Shown here: one piece after another, positions 19,461-27,660 of the stretch | Layout of the letters: each line of letters opens with the position of its first letter | Numbering within the stretch: the first letter of the stretch is position 1 | Source of the DNA: Companilactobacillus sp. | Lineage (GTDB): Bacteria; Bacillota; Bacilli; Lactobacillales; Lactobacillaceae | Direction of reading: 5' to 3' | DNA: 64,000 bases | NCBI RefSeq assembly: GCF_022484265.1 | Contig: NZ_JAKVLR010000001.1 | Location: 1,126,783 to 1,190,782, forward strand | Position numbers and translations under genes: made by a program | Notes under the pieces: generated by a model | Database searches by the model: none | Told to the model about the DNA's origin: nothing | The model's input: only the letters and a program-made list of their open reading frames with translations

Positions 19461-20876
19461 TTGTCAAGTTCAACGATAACAGGTAATTTTATAATCATTC
19501 TAATTACCTTTATATTTGCTTTCTTCTGTGTTGCCGCCGAGTTTGCTTTGGTTCAAACCAGACCAAGTCTTCTGGAAGATGCCATTGAAAAAGGCGATGG
19601 TAATCCCAAGAAGTTACAACGTGCATTAAATATGGTCAACAATCTGAACGAATACTTATCAACTACTCAAGTTGGTACTAGTATCGCTGGTATTATCTTA
19701 GGTTGGATTGGTGAAGGAACCATTGAATATTTGCTGGTTGAACTCTTCGGTATGACCCATGCTATCAATAGCAGCGGTCTTCATATCATTGGTTCGATTG
19801 TTGGTGTTCTTCTACTAACATACTTTGAAGTGGTCCTAACTGAAATCGTTCCTAAGAACATTTCAATCGATCGTCCATTGCAAATGTTAATGTTAGTCGT
19901 AAATCCATTAAGATTTTTCCATCTAGCTGTTTACCCATTCGTTTGGTTGTTGAACAGTTCATCAAACGGAATCGTTCGTTTGATGGGTATGAAACCTGCC
20001 GATTCAGAAAACCAAGTTTTTTCTCAATCTGAAATTTTGAACTTATCGAAGTCTTCAATCAAAGGCGGAGATATGGATCAAAACGATGTTGTCTTCATGG
20101 AACGTGCATTTGAATTAAACGATAAAGTTGCCAAAGACATCATGGTCGATAGAACTAGTCTTTATGTCGTCGACATCACTGATAAAGTTAGCGATGTCAT
20201 CAAAGACTACTTGCAACAAGGTTTTTCAAGATTTCCAGTCGTTGCGGACAACGATAAGGATAAGGTCCTAGGATACGTTTATGCCTACGATATCGTTCGT
20301 CAAAACCAAGTTGACGGATCAGTCGGAATCAGTCGGATCTTGAGATCAGTCAACACAGTTCCTGAAACAATGCCAATTCAAGATATCCTATCAAAAATGA
20401 TCAAGAAGCAAACTCCAATCGTCATCGTTGTCGATGAGTACGGTGGGACTTCTGGTATCGTGACTGATAAAGATATTTACGAAGAATTATTCGGAACTGT
20501 TAAGGATGAAATCGATGTCGTTTCTGATGAATATATCATCAAAAACGAAGACAAGTCTTACAACGTATCTGGTAAGACTACACTTTATGATTTTGAAAGA
20601 TACTTTAGAACTGATATTAAAGCCTTTCAAGAGTCAGATATTATTACTGTTGGTGGTTATATCTTAGAGAAATTCCCTAATATCCAGCTGAATTCAGAAT
20701 TTAATCTCGATAACTTCCACTTTAAGGTGGCGGAATTCGATCATGGTTTTGCTAACTGGTTCAAGGTCACGATCGATGATGATGAGGTTACCAAGAGTGG
20801 CAATCTTGCATCGCTAACTGAGGTTGATGATTTGAAGGAAGAGTCGGATGATACGAAAGGTAAAGATGATAAGTAA
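19461..20876 (+). CDS. CNNM/HlyC-CorC family transporter (DUF21 + CBS pair + CorC_HlyC)
   Basis: 471 aa with an N-terminal four-TM DUF21, tandem CBS domains and a C-terminal transporter-associated domain. TTG start with an AAGAGG RBS. Confidence 0.75.
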   Translation: MSSSTITGNFIIILITFIFAFFCVAAEFALVQTRPSLLEDAIEKGDGNPKKLQRALNMVNNLNEYLSTTQVGTSIAGIILGWIGEGTIEYLLVELFGMTHAINSSGLHIIGSIVGVLLLTYFEVVLTEIVPKNISIDRPLQMLMLVVNPLRFFHLAVYPFVWLLNSSSNGIVRLMGMKPADSENQVFSQSEILNLSKSSIKGGDMDQNDVVFMERAFELNDKVAKDIMVDRTSLYVVDITDKVSDVIKDYLQQGFSRFPVVADNDKDKVLGYVYAYDIVRQNQVDGSVGISRILRSVNTVPETMPIQDILSKMIKKQTPIVIVVDEYGGTSGIVTDKDIYEELFGTVKDEIDVVSDEYIIKNEDKSYNVSGKTTLYDFERYFRTDIKAFQESDIITVGGYILEKFPNIQLNSEFNLDNFHFKVAEFDHGFANWFKVTIDDDEVTKSGNLASLTEVDDLKEESDDTKGKDDK

Positions 20877-20906
20877 AGGAAGACCGTTGGGTCTTCCTTT
20901 TTTTGT
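20877..20906 (+). terminator. rho-independent terminator after CNNM gene
   Basis: AGGAAGACC-gttg-GGTCTTCCT followed by TTTTTTT. Confidence 0.8.
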
Positions 20907-20915
20907 TTTTTTTGT

Positions 20916-21150
20916 AGGCGGTATGAGGGCCGACTCCGGACGAAAATTGCTTTCGGGGATCCGTGACATGCTGGGCACAACTTTAAGCCAAGTGTCACTG
21001 CGTGACGGCTTGTCTTAAAGCTTGGCCTCATCCTAAGCAATAAATTGCTAAGGATGATTTCAGCATTTGGTCCCCACGCGATTTTCGTCCTCCGTCTAAA
21101 CAGCGTTACTTCAAAATCTCTGTGTATATTGAAATATGGTATGCGAACTC
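20916..21150 (-). repeat. structured modular repeat, copy A (inverted orientation, diverged interior)
   Basis: The reverse complement reads linker (GTTCGCATACCATATTTCAATATACACAGAGATTTTGA...) + GGAGGACGAAAATCGCGTGGGG ... CCCCGAAAGCAATTTTCGTCCGGAG + GGCCCTCATACC. The outer stem and linker match copies B, C and D. Confidence 0.7.
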
Positions 21151-21203
21151 TGCTGGCAAGAACTTTAGTTTTAAACCTTCAAGCCCTTAAGACCATATCA
21201 ATT

Positions 21204-21244
21204 AAAAAGGAGAAAGCCCAACTTCTTGGCTTTCTCCTTTTTTC
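21204..21244. terminator. bidirectional terminator
   Basis: AAGGAGAAAGCC...GGCTTTCTCCTT flanked by an A-run and a T-run. Confidence 0.8.
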
Positions 21245-21284
21245 TGTCTGGAAACATATTTGATTTTGGTTGTCCTTATATTGG

Positions 21285-21800
21285 TTAGTCTTCGTTCTTC
21301 GCATTTACGTATGTTAGTAGATCTTTGTTTACGTTGTCGTCTAACATGTCGAAGAATAGCTTGTCGGTGTCGATTCCTAGTGCCTTTGCACAAACTTTTA
21401 CCACTAAGCTTTCATGTCGCTGGTTCAGCTCTTCGGTTCTCTCCATTGTTTGGACGTCCTCCGTTTGAAACTTCAGACTATATTGATCTAGAAAATTCAT
21501 AGCCTCGGCTGAAATCTCGTTTGTATCCAGCTGATCACGCATGTCAGATGATTCATTTACGATATTGATAATCGTCGTCAAATGTTCATCGACCATTGCT
21601 TGGAACCACTCCAATGGATACTCGCGTGGCTTTCTCTTGGAAGAATTTTCCACTCTAAAGCGAGATTCACCATATTGTTGAGCATGCTTTTCCGTATCAA
21701 AGTCTCGAACCCAGTTGGAAACAGTCCGAACCGTAACGCCAACATCCCCTTCATCAAAAATAACTTGCATATCATTCACAGTTAAAAATTTTGATTCCAT
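21285..21800 (-). CDS. hypothetical protein with possible N-terminal HTH
   Basis: 171 aa with a strong AAGGAG RBS. VTVRTVSNWVRDF is HTH-like. No family recognised. Confidence 0.4.
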   Translation of the reverse strand: MESKFLTVNDMQVIFDEGDVGVTVRTVSNWVRDFDTEKHAQQYGESRFRVENSSKRKPREYPLEWFQAMVDEHLTTIINIVNESSDMRDQLDTNEISAEAMNFLDQYSLKFQTEDVQTMERTEELNQRHESLVVKVCAKALGIDTDKLFFDMLDDNVNKDLLTYVNAKNED

Positions 21801-22151
21801 AATAGAACTCCTTCTAGGTCACTTGAATTTTGAAGTGGTACTCGCAACCTCTTTGACAATCACAAATTACCATACGAAAAAGCCGTAAACAAATGGAAAA
21901 AGCCCAAATAATTTCTACTTTAAATCGGAAGAATCTTCAACAATTGAAGCAACTAAAGAATAGAAACAAACTAGAATCGTTTCATTTAATCAGAACAATC
22001 GCCTTTTTAAAAAGTCGAGGATTACTGATAAATCAGGATTCCCAATATTTCATTTTATTTTCTTTTAAAAAATTTTTGTTTCTTTTAAAAATTGAATACC
22101 ATGTACCAAACTGCTAAATTACAGACGAACAGCAATAGGAGGGAACGCATT

Positions 22152-22760
22152 ATGATATTCAGATTTATAAAAGATTGCATCAAATACATATTTAACTGGT
22201 CATTTTTCGGTTACTTTTCAATCGTAGGAATCCTCGGTTTGATATTCGGACTACAATCAGCACACCAAGTAAATGTTGATCTGCAACAAACCATCCAAAT
22301 AAACGGCATCCAACATTATACGAATGCGGCAATATTTAAATTCCACATGGGAGAAATCCGAAGCTACCTATTCGTGCTATTGAATTTACTATACTTCCCA
22401 TCAGTCATGAGATTAGTAGCAAATATTCCATTTCTAGGAAAATTTTTTAACAACTTCGGCCAGCCAGCAAATGCATTGATCAAAGCAAGCAATTTTGCAA
22501 AAGGCGCTTATAACAATACCGATACAGGACAACGTCCAGTTGTAAGAAGACAAGGATCGTTTCTAGTATTCGGATTATTGAATAATCCAATTTATAACGG
22601 AGCGGCCTCAGCAAATGCACTAGTAGCATTCATAATTTCCTTAGTAGTATCACTAATAGCATTAGCCGGAATGCTGTACATATGGAACTACGCATTTTAC
22701 GCAGGATTAATAATCGTCCCATTGTCAGTAATCTGGGATAACATTATACAGACAAACTAG
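22152..22760 (+). CDS. hypothetical membrane protein
   Basis: Start at ATG 22152 behind AGGAGGGAA. 202 aa with 3-4 hydrophobic segments. No family recognised. Confidence 0.45.
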   Translation: MIFRFIKDCIKYIFNWSFFGYFSIVGILGLIFGLQSAHQVNVDLQQTIQINGIQHYTNAAIFKFHMGEIRSYLFVLLNLLYFPSVMRLVANIPFLGKFFNNFGQPANALIKASNFAKGAYNNTDTGQRPVVRRQGSFLVFGLLNNPIYNGAASANALVAFIISLVVSLIALAGMLYIWNYAFYAGLIIVPLSVIWDNIIQTN

Positions 22761-22763
22761 ACG

Positions 22764-22794
22764 GGAGAATCTGAAATTAAGATTCTCTTTTTTT
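22764..22794 (+). terminator. rho-independent terminator
   Basis: GAGAATC...GATTCTC followed by TTTTTTT. Confidence 0.75.
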
Positions 22795-22808
22795 ATTTAT
22801 ATAAAATT

Positions 22809-23160
22809 GGTGACTCCGAAGGAGGAACAAATCGGCATCAGTGACTCCGAAAGGAGGAGCGAAATTGAACCGACCACCCCAGATTTTTCACCAACAAAAC
22901 TGGCATACCCTCTTTCACCAAACAAAAGAGAATTTGACTTGACTCAACCCAGGCGGAGGACGGAAAGCGATGCCCGGCTCAGTAGAGACATTTTCGTTAG
23001 CCGGCGACAACGCCAGCTTACGAAAAGAGGCAGATTTGAGATTTTTTCGGGCTTTGAAAAAAGCTCAAAGTGTCTCCTCTACGTTCCAGACGAAAGGCAA
23101 TCACTTTTCGTCCGGAGCCGGCAGTGAACCACCAATCCAAGAATCCACCACAAACAAAAA
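22809..23160 (+). repeat. structured modular repeat, copy B (degenerate half-sites + linker 22900-22951 + module 22952-23122 + tail)
   Basis: GGCGGAGGACGGAAAGCGATGCC...GGCAATCACTTTTCGTCCGGAGCC is the outer stem. Internal hairpins lie at 22991-23026 and 23035-23069. Two 30-nt direct half-site repeats start at 22810 and 22841. Confidence 0.8.
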
Positions 23161-23209
23161 CAAAATAAAAAAGGACTCGCCCAGCGAGTCCTGTCCATCA
23201 ATTCTCTAA

Positions 23210-23563
23210 TTAAGCTTTAACAGAATCAAAATCAATAATATTCACGCTATTATCAATAGTTTCAAAATCATTCTTAAACACTAAAAGTTGAGTTTTGGGA
23301 TTAACATGAAGTTGAATACCAGGCTTGAGAAATTCCTCAGCACTCTCCTTGTAATAAATCGGACCCATAACACTGTCCAACTTAATAGAATAGTCTGAAA
23401 GATCCTCGTCCTTGTCCACCATAATAATACGGAACTTAGTGATCAAGGCACAGTCACCCTCACCAGAAAAACGACCCAAACCATCATCAAGATCCAAAAT
23501 AATATTCTTGTCGTTAAACTTTGCTAATTTTGCTTGTGCTTCTGGAGTAATTTCTATCTTCAT
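23210..23563 (-). CDS. HesB/Fe-S_biosyn-like small protein
   Basis: 117 aa. The MKIEITPEAQAKL... N-terminus resembles lactobacillal proteins annotated as iron-sulfur cluster biosynthesis family. RBS GAGGAG. Confidence 0.45.
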   Translation of the reverse strand: MKIEITPEAQAKLAKFNDKNIILDLDDGLGRFSGEGDCALITKFRIIMVDKDEDLSDYSIKLDSVMGPIYYKESAEEFLKPGIQLHVNPKTQLLVFKNDFETIDNSVNIIDFDSVKA

Positions 23564-23579
23564 ACCAAAAATCTCCTCA

Positions 23580-24395
23580 TCAGTTATATTTGTATTTCCC
23601 GGTACTTCCCCAATCCAAAATACTTACGATAAAGACCATAAATACGATCGATATGTAACTTGTGAAAATACCATTGAGTATATTATACAAAACATCCCTG
23701 ATATTGTATTCTACATTGCTTGTGATTAAGTTAGCAATTGGGTAATACATCACTACCAAAGCGATGGCAAGCAAGATAGCTGTAATGATTCCGACCGTTC
23801 CCATATGATGTAAAAATATCATATTTGAGCCAACTTTAGCTCTCAACCTAATCGCCAACAGTATAAAAATCACGCTGGCAACGATGATGACCGTTTTCAC
23901 AAGCTGTTTAACTTCTTTAATGTGCTGCAAGGATTCATCAATTGGACCAATGTCATTGTTGACGATCTGGTCCATGATTCCCTTGTTGCTGCTAACAGTT
24001 TGATCAACTTCAGTATCAATATTTAATCCGTCAGACTTCGCTTGCTTTTTTAAATTATCGCCAATCGTAGCTAGTACTACTGAGCCAATTGTCAAATTAG
24101 GGTCTCCATCATATAGTTCATCAACAGAAGTGTCGATGATCGATTTGACTTGTTTCGTACTCAATTGCGTTGCCGCCATATTCTTAAGGGGAGAATAGCT
24201 GTCGACAACGCTACCTAATTTCTGATTAGTATAATTCTTGATCAACGAAACATTACTGTCGCTAGTGACGACCTTCTTGACATAGTTACCGTTTAACACA
24301 GTCGAGAGAGTTATTCCTAGAAAAACAATGATCATTAAACAAAGCGATAATAAAATAAGTGTGAATCCGTGACGATTATATACTGATTTACTCAT
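23580..24395 (-). CDS. hypothetical membrane protein (N-terminal TM, extracytoplasmic domain, C-terminal TM bundle)
   Basis: 271 aa, tightly packed between the HAD gene and the HesB-like gene, which suggests an operon. Confidence 0.45.
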   Translation of the reverse strand: MSKSVYNRHGFTLILLSLCLMIIVFLGITLSTVLNGNYVKKVVTSDSNVSLIKNYTNQKLGSVVDSYSPLKNMAATQLSTKQVKSIIDTSVDELYDGDPNLTIGSVVLATIGDNLKKQAKSDGLNIDTEVDQTVSSNKGIMDQIVNNDIGPIDESLQHIKEVKQLVKTVIIVASVIFILLAIRLRAKVGSNMIFLHHMGTVGIITAILLAIALVVMYYPIANLITSNVEYNIRDVLYNILNGIFTSYISIVFMVFIVSILDWGSTGKYKYN

Positions 24396-24398
24396 TAA

Positions 24399-25061
24399 TT
24401 ACTTCTCCAAAGCTATTTTTGCGATTTCTAAAGGTTTGTTGACGATCCAATCAGACTTAGCCTTGCTTAATTCGTCTTTATCCCCAAAACCGTATGTTAC
24501 TCCTATGGCCTTTAGATTATTCTTATGAGCCCCAACGATATCGCTGCTACGATCCCCCACCATAACAAGATTATCTGAGTTTAAACTGACTGACGTTTTG
24601 TCCATACCATATGAAATAACATCTTCTTTAAGAGAACGCGTTACTTCATCATCGCTGGCACCAAATACGTGTCGAATGTACGGTGCCATGCCAAAATGGT
24701 TTACAATATTCTTAGCGTGAATTTCAGGTTTTGACGTAGCAACGAAAATTTCCTTGCCACTATCCTTTAGTTGTTCCAGCATCTCATAAACGCCGTCGAT
24801 AACAGTTAATTCCTTCCAGCCTTCAACATCATAATACTCGCGAAAACTCTTCATGCGAGCTTTTGCAATTGGATCATTAACGTCGATGTTGTCGTACTTT
24901 TTAAAGGAATAACTAAATGTTGGTCCAATAAATTTTCTCAATGTTGCATCATCATGCGGAACATAGCCTAAAGTATCGTTGTACATGTATTTTAAGCCTT
25001 TCATGATACCCTTTTCAGAGTTCACTAAAGTTCCATCTAGGTCAAAAAATAAATTATTCAA
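24399..25061 (-). CDS. HAD superfamily hydrolase (phosphoglycolate phosphatase/5'-nucleotidase-like)
   Basis: FFDLDGTL is motif I and GDRSSD is motif IV. 220 aa. Confidence 0.75.
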   Translation of the reverse strand: MNNLFFDLDGTLVNSEKGIMKGLKYMYNDTLGYVPHDDATLRKFIGPTFSYSFKKYDNIDVNDPIAKARMKSFREYYDVEGWKELTVIDGVYEMLEQLKDSGKEIFVATSKPEIHAKNIVNHFGMAPYIRHVFGASDDEVTRSLKEDVISYGMDKTSVSLNSDNLVMVGDRSSDIVGAHKNNLKAIGVTYGFGDKDELSKAKSDWIVNKPLEIAKIALEK

Positions 25062-25159
25062 AAATTAGTCATCCTTTTATGTTAAGTTTTAGTTAGTATT
25101 TAGAGTATAAGACATTTACCAAAAAAATGCCTAATCAAATCATTGCAGGTAAATAGATA

Positions 25160-27496
25160 ATGAAAGTTAAACAACCAGAAGTATATACCAATATAAATTC
25201 TGGTCTGACAAATCAAGAAGTTACGAAAAAAATTGCTGCTGGTCTCACTAACGTCCAGATCAAAAAACTCTCACGTTCGATTCCGCAGATCTTAGCTGAT
25301 AACATATTTACTCTGTTCAATTTTTTAAACTTAGTGATTGCGCTTTTAATAGGTTGGACTGGATCATATCGAAATCTATTCTTCCTCGGACCCGTGCTGG
25401 CCAATATTATAATTGGAAGTTTCCAACAGATCCGTGCAAAATTGACCGTCGATAAAATCAATTTGGTCAACGAACAAGAATTTACCGTCATCCGTGATAA
25501 TAAAGAAGTCCAAGTCCCCATAGAGGACCTGGTGCAAGATGACATCGTGATCTTAAAGCGTGGAAATACCATCCCTGCTGATGGAATCATTCGCTCTAGT
25601 AACGGTCTGCAAACTAATGAATCAAGCATCACCGGTGAAGCCGACACGATTGAAAAATTCGAAAATGACTCGGTCTACTCAGGTAGTTTTGCCATCGCTG
25701 GTCAAGCCAAGATTCAATTGACCCAAGTCGGAATGAATAGTTTTGTCTCCAAGCTTTCAAACGCCGTTAGTCAGGAAAAAGGCTCTGAAAGTATCTTGAT
25801 GAAGATAATTAACAACATTATCAAGATTTTAACATATACTATCGTTCCAATCGGCTTAATTTTGTTTTTCCGCTCATTCTTAAAAAATGGCGATGTCGCT
25901 CAATCGATTTTAGGCACTTCAGCCTCAGTCATCGGAATGATTCCTGAAGGATTGGTACTCTTGACTGCGGTCGCCCTAGCTACTGGTGCTTACAATCTTT
26001 CTAAAAAGAAAATTTTGGTCCGGTCGCTGAACGCCATTGAGACTTTAGCACGTGTTGATACGCTATGTCTAGACAAGACCGGTACGATCACCACAGGTAA
26101 ATTAACCGTCAAAAAGATTCACCCTGAAGCAAGCTTTGATGAAAAATTTGTTAAACAAGTAGCTGCAACTATCGTTGAGGTCACTCAAGAGACTAACGCG
26201 ACTGCTCAAGCTATCAAGAAACTTAAATCTGAGACCTTTAAAGAAAAAGTTTCTGAAGTATTGCCATTCTCATCCGAAACCAAATATTCAGGCTATATTG
26301 GAGAATCTGGCACTAAATATATGATGGGTGCTCCAGAATTCATCATCGACAATCCAACGGCTGAAACAAAAGACGCTGTTGAAAAAGCTGCTGAAAAGGG
26401 CTTTCGTGTGATTGCTGTCTTGCGTTGTGTCAACGATAAACAAGAATTGCTTGGTCTAATATTTATTTCCGACGAAGTTAGAAAGCAAGCTAAATCGACT
26501 TTTTCATACTTAAAGAACCAAGGTATTGACCTGAAGATCATTTCCGGTGACAATCCGGTCACAGTTTCAAACGTTGCCTCGCAAGCTGGAATTGATAAGA
26601 CTGATAATTACATCGATATGAGCACTGTTCCTGAAGATGCCGACTACACAAAATTAGTCGACAAGTATCGGGTCTTTGGACGAGTTCGTCCCAAGGAAAA
26701 ATCCGACCTGATCGCTGCGATGCAAAAAAACGGACTGACCGTTGGTATGACAGGCGATGGTGTCAATGATGTTTTGGCTATGCGCCAATCTGACTGTAGT
26801 ATCGCTATCGCTGGCGAAAGTGATGCCGCCGAATCCTCAGCTGATTTCGTACTATTAAATAGAAACTTTGACTCAATGATCTTCATGCTTAACGAAGGAC
26901 GTCGAGTAATCAATAACGTTGAAAGAGTTGCTTCACTATATTTGATCAAGACGATTTATTCAGTTGTCTTATCGATCGTCTTTATCTTCTTAGGTTCAGG
27001 CTACCCATTTCAACCTTCGCAATTGACCCCAGTTAACGCTCTAACCGTTGGTATCCCAACTTTCATTCTTGCCTTAGAGCCTAACTATCGTCCACCAGCA
27101 GGTCGATTCATGCGAAATGTTATGGAAATCGCCCTACCTGCAGCCATTTGCAACATCATTTTGATCTTGTCGATCAATGGGATCGGCAGTTGGGCAAACT
27201 TATCGTTTAAGAGCACCTCGACCATGTCAGTCTTTGCCATCGGAATCATCGGCTACTGTGCCTTAATTTCAATCAGTAACCCATTGATAATTCGGAAAAA
27301 AATTATGATAGCCGCATCGATGCTACTGTTCGTGATTGCCTTTACCTATTCAGATAAACTATTTGGATTGCAAAGCATCTTTGATCTAAGATTTACCTTC
27401 ATTTACATCTCCATCCTATTACTCGCCTGGCCTTTATTCATGTTTATGCGTGAGGTACTAGGACGTCGAGTATTCTCAAAAATAAATTGGAAATAA
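25160..27496 (+). CDS. cation-translocating P-type ATPase (HAD-IC type)
   Basis: 778 aa with TGE-like ITGEAD, the DKTGTIT phosphorylation site, TGDGVNDV and about 8-10 TM segments. Confidence 0.8.
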   Translation: MKVKQPEVYTNINSGLTNQEVTKKIAAGLTNVQIKKLSRSIPQILADNIFTLFNFLNLVIALLIGWTGSYRNLFFLGPVLANIIIGSFQQIRAKLTVDKINLVNEQEFTVIRDNKEVQVPIEDLVQDDIVILKRGNTIPADGIIRSSNGLQTNESSITGEADTIEKFENDSVYSGSFAIAGQAKIQLTQVGMNSFVSKLSNAVSQEKGSESILMKIINNIIKILTYTIVPIGLILFFRSFLKNGDVAQSILGTSASVIGMIPEGLVLLTAVALATGAYNLSKKKILVRSLNAIETLARVDTLCLDKTGTITTGKLTVKKIHPEASFDEKFVKQVAATIVEVTQETNATAQAIKKLKSETFKEKVSEVLPFSSETKYSGYIGESGTKYMMGAPEFIIDNPTAETKDAVEKAAEKGFRVIAVLRCVNDKQELLGLIFISDEVRKQAKSTFSYLKNQGIDLKIISGDNPVTVSNVASQAGIDKTDNYIDMSTVPEDADYTKLVDKYRVFGRVRPKEKSDLIAAMQKNGLTVGMTGDGVNDVLAMRQSDCSIAIAGESDAAESSADFVLLNRNFDSMIFMLNEGRRVINNVERVASLYLIKTIYSVVLSIVFIFLGSGYPFQPSQLTPVNALTVGIPTFILALEPNYRPPAGRFMRNVMEIALPAAICNIILILSINGIGSWANLSFKSTSTMSVFAIGIIGYCALISISNPLIIRKKIMIAASMLLFVIAFTYSDKLFGLQSIFDLRFTFIYISILLLAWPLFMFMREVLGRRVFSKINWK

Positions 27497-27498
27497 CC

Positions 27499-27534
27499 GA
27501 AAGATATCAAGTAATTGCTTGATATCTTTTTTTT
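27499..27534 (+). terminator. rho-independent terminator after P-type ATPase
   Basis: AAAGATATCAAG-taat-tGCTTGATATCTTT followed by a T-run. Confidence 0.8.
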
Positions 27535-27575
27535 GATATAATGTGGGCTTATCAAAATAAAGTTTAATTCAGGTC

Positions 27576-27605
27576 TTGACAATTGATACGGTACCGAACT
27601 ATAAT
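27576..27605 (+). promoter_or_regulatory. sigma-A promoter of ABC exporter gene (TTGACA-18-TATAAT)
   Basis: Consensus hexamers read directly, 55 nt upstream of the ATG at 27661. Confidence 0.6.
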
Positions 27606-27631
27606 TCATTTCGCAATATAGTTCGGTACCG
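27589..27631. promoter_or_regulatory. perfect 15-bp inverted repeat overlapping the -10 (candidate operator)
   Basis: CGGTACCGAACTATA-N13-TATAGTTCGGTACCG. The left arm contains the -10 hexamer. Confidence 0.5.
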
Positions 27632-27660
27632 AAATAAATAAAATATACGAGGATATTAAT

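Noticed and set aside
22807-23209. ORF-track proteins 22807..23127 and 22970..23209. The same applies to 29731..30132, 29838..30047, 20741..21040, 21045..21263, 52605..52787 and 52682..52867.
   Set aside because: All of these lie entirely inside the structured repeat copies. The apparent protein similarity between copies B and C (MPGSV.TFSLAGD.ASLRKEA...) is lost in copy D2, which has a stop after 13 codons. None has an RBS. The substitutions are paired stem changes, not synonymous changes. I treat them as non-coding.
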